Shown here one piece after another: positions 9,925 through 19,377 of a stretch of 64,000 bases of DNA. The DNA comes from a bacterium. GTDB lineage: Bacteria; Bacteroidota; Ignavibacteria; UBA10030. Every line of letters starts with the position of its first letter. Within the stretch, counting starts at the first letter, position 1. The notes beneath the pieces are model-generated. The model worked only from the letters and a program-made list of their open reading frames with translations, ran no database searches and was not told the origin of the DNA. Both the position numbers and the translations under genes were made by a program. The DNA is taken from positions 1 through 64,000 of the forward strand of contig JAZDJN010000040.1 in assembly GCA_043803945.1 (NCBI GenBank). Direction: 5' to 3'.

Positions 9925-11517
9925 TTATCTTCCACGCTGGAGAAAATAGGCCCGTGCTTCTTCGAGCGTTACGATTCCATCATGATTCCGGTCAATCTCT
10001 TTAAAGATCTGTTCGTTGGAGAACTCATCCAGAGTAAGACCACCGCTGCGGTCGCGGTCGAGCTGCCGGAACCGATTTGCTAATTGCTTCTCATTTCGGA
10101 TTCCCTGGCGGAGCACTCTCCGTACATCATCAACGTTACCGGTCTGACGAACCCACTTCGGCTTTTCCGTCCCGGCTTCCCACTCCTCATACATCCTGCT
10201 CATCTCCTTCACACGCTCCAGCTGTGCCTTTGCGAGATTCTCTTTTTCACCGATGTCCTCGGCAAGATTGAAGAGCGACCATTCACTCTCTCCTTGTTCC
10301 TTCACCAATTTCCAATCTCCAAAACGGAAGGCGTATTTATTTCCCATTCTCCAATATAATTTATTATGCGGGCGATCAGTACGGTCTTTCGAAAGATAAG
10401 GCAGGAGATTCACACCGTCGAACTTCATTTCGGGTGTGATCGCACCGCCTGCAGCAACAAGTGCGGTAGGATGAATATCAAGACTGATGGCCGGTCGAGT
10501 CTCAACGACACCAGCCGGCAAATGGCCTTTCCATTGAACAATGAACGGGATCCGAATCCCCCCTTCCAATATTTGAGATTTGAAACCCCGCAAAGGATAA
10601 TTGCTCGATGTTGTTTGGGGTGTAGGTCCGCCGTTATCACTGATAAAAAAAAGCAAGGTGTCTTCTTCAATCTTGAATTCGCGAAGAGCGGCAAGCACTG
10701 AGCCGACCGCATCATCCATCGCCGATGTCATTGCAGCATAAGTTCGGCGCTGAGAATCGTCTATGGTTTTGAAGCGATCCAGATACTTCTCTAACGCCTC
10801 CAGTGGTGCATGCACGGCATTGAATGGCAGGTAGAGAAAGAATGGTTCCTTGTGATGCTGTGTGATAAAAGCCGCGGCTTCCCGTGCAAAGGCATCTGTC
10901 AGATATTCCTGTTCGGTCAATGCCTCAGTCCCGCGCAGGAGAGAGCCTCCATCTCCTCGTGGCCGGATGTACGAATGCGCACCTCCAAGAAATCCGAAGA
11001 ACTCATCAAAGCCGCGTTGCATGGGGTGATATTCCGGTTTGAACCCCAAATGCCACTTCCCCACCATACCCGTTTTGTATCCTAATTCTTTCAAGCGTGC
11101 GGGCAGGAGTGTTTCGCTTAACGGGAGACCAAAGTCGTCAGCCGCGGATGTTGCAGGGCCGGGATTGAACTCATGGCCGAACCGCTGCTGATAACGGCCA
11201 GTCATCAGGCCTGCCCGTGATGGACTGCAGAGCGGGGCCGAGACATAGCCGTTCGTAAAACGGACTCCGTTTTTCGCGATCGAGTCGATATTGGGTGTAG
11301 GAATTTCTGGATTCCCCTGACATCCTAACTCTCCGTACCCTAAGTCATCGGCAACGATGAGAATAATATTTGGTTTTCTTTGAAGCGGTGTGGTAACAGA
11401 TGCCAGCGATTGATAGATGCTATAGGATCCCACTGTGATGAAGCCTGCACCTAATGCTGTACGAGTGAGAAACTGACGACGGGTCCAGGATAAATAGTTT
11501 TGCGAAGGTCGTTTCAT
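9925..11517 (-). CDS. Sulfatase with Tat signal and C-terminal EF-hand pair
   Basis: TRRQFL Tat motif; CSPSR formylglycine motif; GKWHLG; DRDRSGGLTLDE and DRNHDGIVTLEE EF-hands. Confidence 0.92.
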   Translation of the reverse strand: MKRPSQNYLSWTRRQFLTRTALGAGFITVGSYSIYQSLASVTTPLQRKPNIILIVADDLGYGELGCQGNPEIPTPNIDSIAKNGVRFTNGYVSAPLCSPSRAGLMTGRYQQRFGHEFNPGPATSAADDFGLPLSETLLPARLKELGYKTGMVGKWHLGFKPEYHPMQRGFDEFFGFLGGAHSYIRPRGDGGSLLRGTEALTEQEYLTDAFAREAAAFITQHHKEPFFLYLPFNAVHAPLEALEKYLDRFKTIDDSQRRTYAAMTSAMDDAVGSVLAALREFKIEEDTLLFFISDNGGPTPQTTSSNYPLRGFKSQILEGGIRIPFIVQWKGHLPAGVVETRPAISLDIHPTALVAAGGAITPEMKFDGVNLLPYLSKDRTDRPHNKLYWRMGNKYAFRFGDWKLVKEQGESEWSLFNLAEDIGEKENLAKAQLERVKEMSRMYEEWEAGTEKPKWVRQTGNVDDVRRVLRQGIRNEKQLANRFRQLDRDRSGGLTLDEFSNEQIFKEIDRNHDGIVTLEEARAYFLQRGR

Positions 11518-11809
11518 GGGATTCTCCTTCTGAAAGTAACAATGTTCTTAGCGAAGAAGCAACATCTTCTTGCTTTGAGTTTGATGGGGAGTGAAAAGAC
11601 GATAAAAGTAGACTCCACTTGTTGGCAGGTTGGAGGCAGGAGATTGTCCCCTATGTTGAACGCGTCAAAGGAGGAGAATAGATCGATTGTCCAGAACTTA
11701 AGAAAAGTAAAAGAAGTGCTATGAACAAGAACAATCCAAAGCACATAAATCATTTTTCCTTGGCACTTATCGTTTCTGCAGAAAAGTTGTTTTCAAAAGA
11801 CATCCACCA

Positions 11810-12664
11810 TTACTTTAGTTGAACGCTCAATGAAAGGGAGATGCTCTTTCCTCCAACTGCTTCATTTCCCATTCTTCTATCTGCTTGTCCACCGACATTG
11901 CCGCCGCGTCCTCCACCTCTACCGCCTCTTCCACCCATTGGTGGTTGACCGCCGCCGGATTCACTTCGTGCATCGGGCCTCATCCGTGTCATTTTTCCCG
12001 TTTCAATCGTTACACCAAGTGATTTCCCCCGAAGGTCGCCAAGAGTATAATCACCCGCGTGTGTCGTCCGTGGAATTTTTAATTCGTACAGGAAGACACC
12101 ATTCGAATCCCTTACTGCAGCTTCGATGCCGTACTCCTTGAGAGAAGTCAGACGGGAGCTTTGAACCACATCGTTTTCTCCCGGCCCATAAATTTCCAGT
12201 TCGTTTCCAAAACCCTGCACTTGATTCAAAAATGCTTGCCGGGCATTCTGTCTCTCCTCAGGATTTTGTCTACCCAACGCAACCCGGTTCATTAACTCCC
12301 CCCGCATGCCGAGCGGAAAGCGTATGCCCCAGGAGCGTGTCTCAGTACCGATACGGTCGAATGTGATTGAGAGACCCGAGAGCCGGATCTGGCGGACTGT
12401 TTGTTCATCCCTCGCCATCAAACCGAAATAGACATGCTCCGCATCATTCTGCACTTGAACATAGATTCCTTCATCCCTAAAAACTTTCCAATGCGGACCC
12501 CATTCCGATAATCGTCCATCAATTGCCCCCTGAGAAGTGCTCGGCTCGCTCGTCAGTTCAACGCTCGAAGCGCAGCCGATTCCCAGAAGCGTTATAAACG
12601 CTACAATAGCTGTCCACATCAACCATGTTCCAGGTTGAACTGCCATTTCTAAATTCTTCCTCAT
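11810..12664 (-). CDS. Hypothetical lipoprotein with Gly/Arg-rich C-terminus
   Basis: Hydrophobic leader ending GIGC; co-oriented with the TonB receptor operon. Confidence 0.75.
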   Translation of the reverse strand: MRKNLEMAVQPGTWLMWTAIVAFITLLGIGCASSVELTSEPSTSQGAIDGRLSEWGPHWKVFRDEGIYVQVQNDAEHVYFGLMARDEQTVRQIRLSGLSITFDRIGTETRSWGIRFPLGMRGELMNRVALGRQNPEERQNARQAFLNQVQGFGNELEIYGPGENDVVQSSRLTSLKEYGIEAAVRDSNGVFLYELKIPRTTHAGDYTLGDLRGKSLGVTIETGKMTRMRPDARSESGGGQPPMGGRGGRGGGRGGNVGGQADRRMGNEAVGGKSISLSLSVQLK

Positions 12665-12708
12665 TGTTCTTCCTCTCAGAATTTTACTCCTAGTACTTCT
12701 TATTGCTG

Positions 12709-13587
12709 TTATTTTTTGATAACAGTGAACTGCACGCCGACACCGTTAAATGCGCTAAACACACCGAGCCCGTTATTGATATTAGTCAGCGGCTCATTAA
12801 GGTCACGGGTGTTTTGTTGGCGCGATTGATACAGGTTCGCATATTCCCGGTTGATACGATAGATTTTCACGGAGTGGCGTCCATAGTATGTCAGGCTCAG
12901 AATGTTGATACTGTACCGGTTTGATTGTGTCGGAGGAGAGATGAACCGGCCCCTCGCCCGGTTGAGCATATCGTTGTTGAGGAATATCTGTTCAGGATTT
13001 GTCTCAATATTTTCAAGTACTGCATAATAGAGATCGGAAGTTGGATTCGACCATTCTACGATAATCCGGTTCGTGTCCAGGCGGAAGAATGGAAGGTCTG
13101 AACCCGACGGAATGATCAGTTTATCTGAGGAGATCGTCACAGCTTCCGGCGATGGAGGAACTTGAGTTGAAGATGTAACCCGCTTCCCATGGTAAAGAAC
13201 CTCAAGTGAAAAAACGTCGCCGCTGTTCACCTGGAGATCGTTCCCTCCATAATGATAATAACCGCTATCACCGGGACTGCATGTTAGCTGATATGTCTGT
13301 CCGCTCTTTGTCAGGGAGACCGTGGCGTCGTTGATCGGCGGCGCAAGTGAATCGCCGCTGCTCAGAGGAATGGAATGCGAGAGCTGAATATCGCTCACCT
13401 TCTCGCCGGCATACAGGTAGGCACGGACAACGACCAGCTCTGCCGAGGATTCGACTGGAGAACCTTCATTACATGCACTGAGCGTAAGCAGAGTGCTGAT
13501 CATTGTTACGAGAAGAAGAATTGTTTTCCAAGTACTCATAGTCTTGGGAAAATGGTGTGTTCGAAATTGCATCATTGTTGTTTCCAT
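12709..13587 (-). CDS. DUF4249-like lipoprotein
   Basis: LSAC lipobox; C-terminal TNINNGLGVFSA; directly downstream of a TonB receptor. Confidence 0.8.
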   Translation of the reverse strand: METTMMQFRTHHFPKTMSTWKTILLLVTMISTLLTLSACNEGSPVESSAELVVVRAYLYAGEKVSDIQLSHSIPLSSGDSLAPPINDATVSLTKSGQTYQLTCSPGDSGYYHYGGNDLQVNSGDVFSLEVLYHGKRVTSSTQVPPSPEAVTISSDKLIIPSGSDLPFFRLDTNRIIVEWSNPTSDLYYAVLENIETNPEQIFLNNDMLNRARGRFISPPTQSNRYSINILSLTYYGRHSVKIYRINREYANLYQSRQQNTRDLNEPLTNINNGLGVFSAFNGVGVQFTVIKK

Positions 13588-16076
13588 TAAAAGTGAAATT
13601 GTACATACAACGTTGGTGTTATTCCCAGCAGGGCGATATCGGTAACGGTTGCCGGAACCGTCGTCAGGTTATACTGCCGGTACGAGACATTCTTTCGATT
13701 GTAGACATTGAAGATACTGAGGCCCACTTCCGTCTTTACGACAGTCGATTCAAAATGCTTCGAGACACTCACGTCGAGCTGATGAAAGTCGGGAAGGCGA
13801 TTGGCGTTCTTGCCGCTGATGTGGATATAGCTCAAGGACTGGCCGTTGAGCAACTCGATAAAATATTGGCTCTCCGGTGCAGTATAGGCATTCCCGGTGG
13901 CCAAAGTCCAGTTCGCCGCGAATGTCCAGGTATCGAGTGCATATTTTGCCACGGCCTTCACATCATGCCGGTGATCATGTTCAGCGGGAAATGTCACACC
14001 GTTATTGATCTTCGGAAATTCATACTCAACCTTTGCGAGAGTATAGCCGATCCATCCGGAAAAGCTCCCGGCTTTTTTCTGAAGGAGGAATTCTACGCCT
14101 TTTGCAGTACCGGAGCCGAAGAAAAATGCATTGGCATAATTGGCATCGCCTCGCAGGCGGCGCGAAAATTCAACAAGGTTATCGAGGTTTTTATTATAGG
14201 CCTCGATACTCAGCACATAATCGTTATTCTCATAATTCAGGCCGAGGATCTGGTGTTCAGCAAAACTCGGCAACAACTGCTTATCTGCAATCAGCCAGAA
14301 TTCCCTGCTTCCCTCGAGTACGTTTTCATTCGTTATCCGGTTAACAAACTGATGGTAATACCCCCATGCTCCTTTGAGCGAGAACTCAGGTGTCATCGAA
14401 TACACAAATGATACTCTTGGCTCCCAGTACATTTTTTGTGTTTCCTGGTAGTATGACGAACGCAGACCGAAGGTGAGATCGAGATCAGCGTATGACCACT
14501 TGTCCTGCAGATAGAATGAGCTGAGCTGAGTGTTGCTGTGACGGTTGAGTAATTCTGTTGTATCGTTCAAGCGGGAAACATACCGTGCGTCGAACTGATT
14601 AAACCACACACCAAAACCCAGTTGATGTTCCTGGGCAAGATGCCAGCGCGCATCTGCCCTCACACTGAGATCATTCACAGCGTTATTTTCGATTGTAGCC
14701 GCCAACATCCCTCTTCTCCCCCCCAAACTATCCAGTCCCTGTCCCTGTCCGGGTCCCATGCCGGGTTGGAAGAGCAGGTTCGAATTTGAGCTCTGTTCGA
14801 AATCGCTGTAGAATTCCGAGCCAGCAACAAGAAGGTCGGTTTGCAGACGATTGCTCCATTGGTGCGACCATTTGCCGCTGACGCCAAAATTTCCCCACCG
14901 GGTGAAGTCATCAACCTTCAGGCTTCCCTCGCTCTCGAGCTGTCGGATCATGAATGTTGTGCTGCCGAAATCCTGCGACTTGTCGAGATCATCTCTGCCA
15001 TTGTAAAGGCTGATGCTCACAATATCGCGTGATGATGGTGACATGGTGAGCTTCCCATTCAGATCATAAAAGTAGAAGACCGGCAGGACATCGCCTGAAA
15101 GCAAGTTGTTCCCGCCCATGCCCACGCCTCCGCCGCCGCCTCCGCCGCGTTGGCGGAATCCACCGCCGACATTCCCACCCGTTTGGTCTCCCGTTACAAA
15201 TTTATACAGCTTGTCATAAAAATCGCTTTGGATAAAGTCGGTGTAGGAGCGGCGTGCAGCAAGAAGCAAGGTGGTCTTTTCGAAGAGCGGAATAGGAGTC
15301 TCGAAAGCAACATTCGCACTGAGAAGATTTATTCCGAGATCGATATGTGCTTTATTTTCATTACCCGTTTTTCCCGTCAGGTTCACCACGCTGGAGATGC
15401 GGCCGCCATACTCTGCCGGGAACCCCCCTTTATACACTTGGATGTCTTTGATGGCATCTGCATTGAAAGCACTGAAAAATCCGAAAAAGTGATCGACATG
15501 GTAAATCGTCATACCGTCGAAGAGAATAAGATTTTGATCTGGTTTTCCACCCCGAACATACAACTCCGATGATCCGCTGCTGCTGGCATTGATACCGGGT
15601 AGAAGTTGAAGTGTCCGAAAGACATCCACCTGGCCGATACTCGGCAACGAGGAGATAAATTTTGGAGAGAGTGAAATCCGGCTTATCTCTTTGGCCACTT
15701 CAAGCACCATTGGCGTCGCAGACACTGTGACCCCTTGCAGCTCAAGCGTACTGGACTGGAGTTGTACTTGGATTAAGGGAATGCTTCCGCGTAAATCGAC
15801 GGTTACCGAATCTCTGATATACCCGATGTAACTCACGATGAGTGTACACGATTCACCCTGGACATCGACGAGGATGAAGTATCCATCGGTATTGGTGACC
15901 GTCCCCCATTTCGTTCCGGCAATGGCGACATTAGCAAAGGGTAATCCCTCGCCGCTCTCAGCATCCCGTACATATCCTTTAATGTCATGACGAGCTTGCT
16001 GAGCTTGGCTCTCGTGACCAATGAAGATGAGGAACATAAGCAACCAACCACTGTATTTCTTTACCATCAAGTTCAC
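13587..16076 (-). CDS. TonB-dependent receptor
   Basis: N-terminal carboxypeptidase-regulatory-like domain; plug motifs LYVRGG..DQN and YKGGFPAEYGGRISSV; terminal Phe. Confidence 0.92.
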   Translation of the reverse strand: MNLMVKKYSGWLLMFLIFIGHESQAQQARHDIKGYVRDAESGEGLPFANVAIAGTKWGTVTNTDGYFILVDVQGESCTLIVSYIGYIRDSVTVDLRGSIPLIQVQLQSSTLELQGVTVSATPMVLEVAKEISRISLSPKFISSLPSIGQVDVFRTLQLLPGINASSSGSSELYVRGGKPDQNLILFDGMTIYHVDHFFGFFSAFNADAIKDIQVYKGGFPAEYGGRISSVVNLTGKTGNENKAHIDLGINLLSANVAFETPIPLFEKTTLLLAARRSYTDFIQSDFYDKLYKFVTGDQTGGNVGGGFRQRGGGGGGGVGMGGNNLLSGDVLPVFYFYDLNGKLTMSPSSRDIVSISLYNGRDDLDKSQDFGSTTFMIRQLESEGSLKVDDFTRWGNFGVSGKWSHQWSNRLQTDLLVAGSEFYSDFEQSSNSNLLFQPGMGPGQGQGLDSLGGRRGMLAATIENNAVNDLSVRADARWHLAQEHQLGFGVWFNQFDARYVSRLNDTTELLNRHSNTQLSSFYLQDKWSYADLDLTFGLRSSYYQETQKMYWEPRVSFVYSMTPEFSLKGAWGYYHQFVNRITNENVLEGSREFWLIADKQLLPSFAEHQILGLNYENNDYVLSIEAYNKNLDNLVEFSRRLRGDANYANAFFFGSGTAKGVEFLLQKKAGSFSGWIGYTLAKVEYEFPKINNGVTFPAEHDHRHDVKAVAKYALDTWTFAANWTLATGNAYTAPESQYFIELLNGQSLSYIHISGKNANRLPDFHQLDVSVSKHFESTVVKTEVGLSIFNVYNRKNVSYRQYNLTTVPATVTDIALLGITPTLYVQFHF

Positions 16077-16428
16077 CTTTGATTAGGACCACTCAATCTT
16101 GAATAATTAGTTTAAAGGTATCAAGCCATTGAATCTACACGGTGAGTACCATCCAGCGTATCTGGCAATGAAGAAGAAACTCCGCGAACATTGGACAAAC
16201 AAAGTATATTGAAGTTTAATAAGAATTTTATTGAGAAACGATTCGCACGGAAGTTCGTTAATAGTAACATAAACAAGAATAATTGATCCGACAATGGGAA
16301 GTGAATCCGGCGTGGATCCCGAATAGTGATCAATAATCAATGATAAACGTCGATAATCACTTAAACTTACAGAGAGCATGGTTGTCAAACCAGCAGTTCT
16401 TCTAATCTCATTCAGGAAATACCCTATT

Positions 16429-19335
16429 ATGAAAATAGTATTGACCACGTTGTGCGCCCTCCTGCTTGTATATTCGTTCGGATTTGGACAACAGGCTCAA
16501 GTGTCAGGAACGGTCCTCGAAGCATCCAGGCGCAATCCTCTCAGCAGTGCAAATGTCAGCTTGAACAATGTGAGGGATTCAACGATCAAACACCTGGTCC
16601 TTTCAGGGCGTGATGGTAAATTTTCCGTCTCAGGTTTGAAAGAAGGATCGTATCTTTTGCGTGTCTCCTTCGTCGGGTACACAGAATGGAAAAGGACGAT
16701 CACCGTGCCGGCCAATGGAATCAACCTGGGAAACATTTTCCTCACTCAGATCTCAATTCTTCTGGAGCCGAATGTCGTGTCAGGTAATGCTCCCCCGGTC
16801 GTTCAGTCGGGGGATACTCTGGAATTCACCTCCAAGGCATACAAATTAAACAAGGATGCGAATGCAGAAGATTTGGTGACCAAACTGCCCGGCGTCACTA
16901 TCGAGAACAATACAGTAAAATCACAGGGTGAAGATATCAGGCAGGTGCTTGTTGATGGTAAACGATTTTTCGGAAACGATCCGATGATCGCTCTCCGCAA
17001 TTTGCCCGCAGAGGTAATCGAGAAGGTCCAGGTCTATGACCGACTGAGCGAACAGGCACAGTTAACGGGATTCGATGACGGCCAGGAAATGAGAACCATG
17101 AATATTGTCACCCGGCAAGATCGGCGAACCGGACAATTCGGCCGGGCTACTGCCGGGTATGGAGATGAAGGGAAATATCAAGTTGGCGGGAACTTAAATC
17201 TTTTCCAAAGTGGACGCCGAATCACCGTCATTGGCCAGAGTAACAATGTCAACCAGCAGAACTTCAGCATGCAGGACTTTCTTGGGGCGATGGGTGGAGG
17301 CGGTGGAATGGGCGGCGGCGGTGGGATGCGCGGCGGCGGTGGAATGATGGGAGGTGGAGGTGGAGGCGGTGGAATGCGCGGTGGTGGAGGTGGAGGGGGA
17401 GGCGGTGGAATGCGCGGTGGCGGCGGTGGAGGGGGCGGCTTTAGCGGCGGCGGTGGGATACAAGGCCAAGGTGGAGCGGGCGGCAATTTTAATGTCGGCC
17501 AGCAAAACGGCACCACCAAGACACATGCCCTTGGCCTCCAACTAACCGATTCGTGGACAACAGGTATGAATGTCGAGGCGAATTATTTCTTTAACCTCAC
17601 CAACAATAACCGCGACGATATCACGAAACGCGAATACTTCTTAACAGCGGACACCAGTCAATTTTATCGTGAGAACAGTCTGAGCGAACGGGATAACTAT
17701 AACCATCGGTTGAATTTCCGCATGGAGTACATGATCGATTCCTCTAACACGCTGTTTCTGATTCCACAATTGAATTTACAGGCGAACAATTCAAACAGTG
17801 TGTTTGATGGGTTCAACTCACTTCAGCAGACCATCCCGTTGAGTGAGTCAGCAACAATGAATCGTTCCGACGTGAATGGTTACACCTTCTCAAATTCTCT
17901 GATCTATCGTCACCGGTTCGCTGCACCCGGCCGGTCATTATCTATTCAGGCGACCACCAACTATAACGATCGGAAAAGCGAGAATTTTCTTGAGTCGGAA
18001 AATACTTATTACACTGTCGGTTTGGGTACAGCCGATTCACTAAGGCAAAAGGCGAACACAACCACCTCGGGTTATGCGCTTTCTGGCAACGTTGCTTACA
18101 CCGAGCCGATAGGCCAGTTCGGACTTTTGCAACTCAACTACAATCTGTCAAAAACGGATAATTCCTCCGACAAGAAATCGTACAACTACGATTACCTTAC
18201 AACCGTGTATGGAATTTTTGATCCGACGCTCTCGAATGAAATTTCGAGCGGTTATCTCACCCACCAGATTGGTACCGGGTATCAGTATCGTGATGCCGAT
18301 CTGAATTTAATGTTGAGTGTCGGGTTTAAATCGGCCTCGCTTTCTGCTGACAGAATATATCCCTATATCGCTTCGACCAACAGGACATTCACAAATATTG
18401 TCCCGATGGCAACATTGATGTACGGTAACCGGCGAACGAACAACATCCAGTTGATGTACCGGACGAATACCAATCCACCCTCGATCGGCCAATTGGAAAA
18501 CACAATCAACAACTCGAATCCATTGCTCCTCAGCTCCGGCAACCCGGATTTGAAGCAGTTCTATAGTCACAATTTGACTGCACGGTATTCATTCACAAGT
18601 TTAGAGAGTATGAACAGCTTTTTCGTCCTTGTCTCCGGTTCCATTGTGAAGGATTACATCGGTAATGCGGTCTTCCTCGCCCAGCGCGATACAACAATTG
18701 AAAACGGTGTTGTGTTAAAGCAGGGCTCGCAGTTATCAAAACCCTTCAACATCGGAGATCAACGATCGATCCGAACGATGGGTACCTACAGCCTGCCAAT
18801 TGATCTAATTAAGAGTAATGTGAATGTCACCCTGGGATACACCTATGGGGAGACCCCTTCGATGATCAATAAACTGACCAACACGGGTTTCTCCTCGACA
18901 ATTTCTCCAGGGATGTCGATCAATAGCAACATCAGCAGCGATTTCGATTTTTCAATCTCGTACAATGCCAATTATAATTCTGTGAAGAATACAATACAGG
19001 CAGAGCTTGATAATAAATATTTCTCTCACACAGCCAATTTCCGTTTGACCTGGTATATGTGGGAAGGATTCACGCTGCGGACAGATGCGCGGAACTCAAT
19101 GAACCGGAGAGACGCCACCGGATTCAAACAAAGTTATACACTCTGGAATTTGAGTATCGGGAAAAAATTCCTCAAGGATGATAAAGGGGAGATCACGATC
19201 CAGGGGTTCGATCTGTTGAACCAGAACAAGAACGTCAGTCAGACAGTGCAGGATTCCTATATTGAAGAACAACAGACGAAGAATCTGAATCGGTATTTTC
19301 TGCTAACCTTTGCGTACCGAATAACGAGTTTTTAA
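16429..19335 (+). CDS. TonB-dependent-like outer-membrane beta-barrel protein with long Gly-rich insert
   Basis: Signal peptide; EDLVTKLPGV and VLVDGKRFFG plug motifs; C-terminal RYFLLTFAYRI. Confidence 0.88.
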   Translation: MKIVLTTLCALLLVYSFGFGQQAQVSGTVLEASRRNPLSSANVSLNNVRDSTIKHLVLSGRDGKFSVSGLKEGSYLLRVSFVGYTEWKRTITVPANGINLGNIFLTQISILLEPNVVSGNAPPVVQSGDTLEFTSKAYKLNKDANAEDLVTKLPGVTIENNTVKSQGEDIRQVLVDGKRFFGNDPMIALRNLPAEVIEKVQVYDRLSEQAQLTGFDDGQEMRTMNIVTRQDRRTGQFGRATAGYGDEGKYQVGGNLNLFQSGRRITVIGQSNNVNQQNFSMQDFLGAMGGGGGMGGGGGMRGGGGMMGGGGGGGGMRGGGGGGGGGGMRGGGGGGGGFSGGGGIQGQGGAGGNFNVGQQNGTTKTHALGLQLTDSWTTGMNVEANYFFNLTNNNRDDITKREYFLTADTSQFYRENSLSERDNYNHRLNFRMEYMIDSSNTLFLIPQLNLQANNSNSVFDGFNSLQQTIPLSESATMNRSDVNGYTFSNSLIYRHRFAAPGRSLSIQATTNYNDRKSENFLESENTYYTVGLGTADSLRQKANTTTSGYALSGNVAYTEPIGQFGLLQLNYNLSKTDNSSDKKSYNYDYLTTVYGIFDPTLSNEISSGYLTHQIGTGYQYRDADLNLMLSVGFKSASLSADRIYPYIASTNRTFTNIVPMATLMYGNRRTNNIQLMYRTNTNPPSIGQLENTINNSNPLLLSSGNPDLKQFYSHNLTARYSFTSLESMNSFFVLVSGSIVKDYIGNAVFLAQRDTTIENGVVLKQGSQLSKPFNIGDQRSIRTMGTYSLPIDLIKSNVNVTLGYTYGETPSMINKLTNTGFSSTISPGMSINSNISSDFDFSISYNANYNSVKNTIQAELDNKYFSHTANFRLTWYMWEGFTLRTDARNSMNRRDATGFKQSYTLWNLSIGKKFLKDDKGEITIQGFDLLNQNKNVSQTVQDSYIEEQQTKNLNRYFLLTFAYRITSF
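17292..17485 (+). repeat. Coding low-complexity repeat (GGGG-M-R units)
   Basis: Repeated GGAATGCGCGGTGG-like units encoding about 60 mostly glycine residues. Confidence 0.85.
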
Positions 19336-19377
19336 CTAGGCACCATTGAAGATCCATCGAGTGGACGCAACCTCACT

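Noticed and set aside
13557-14411. Long antisense ORFs (also 30976-31728 and 56897-57568)
   Set aside because: They overlap well-supported genes on the other strand and have no recognisable motifs.
17178-17545. Poly-Pro and Ala/Ser/Thr-rich ORFs
   Set aside because: Antisense or off-frame shadows of the Gly-rich tract in the 16429-19335 gene.
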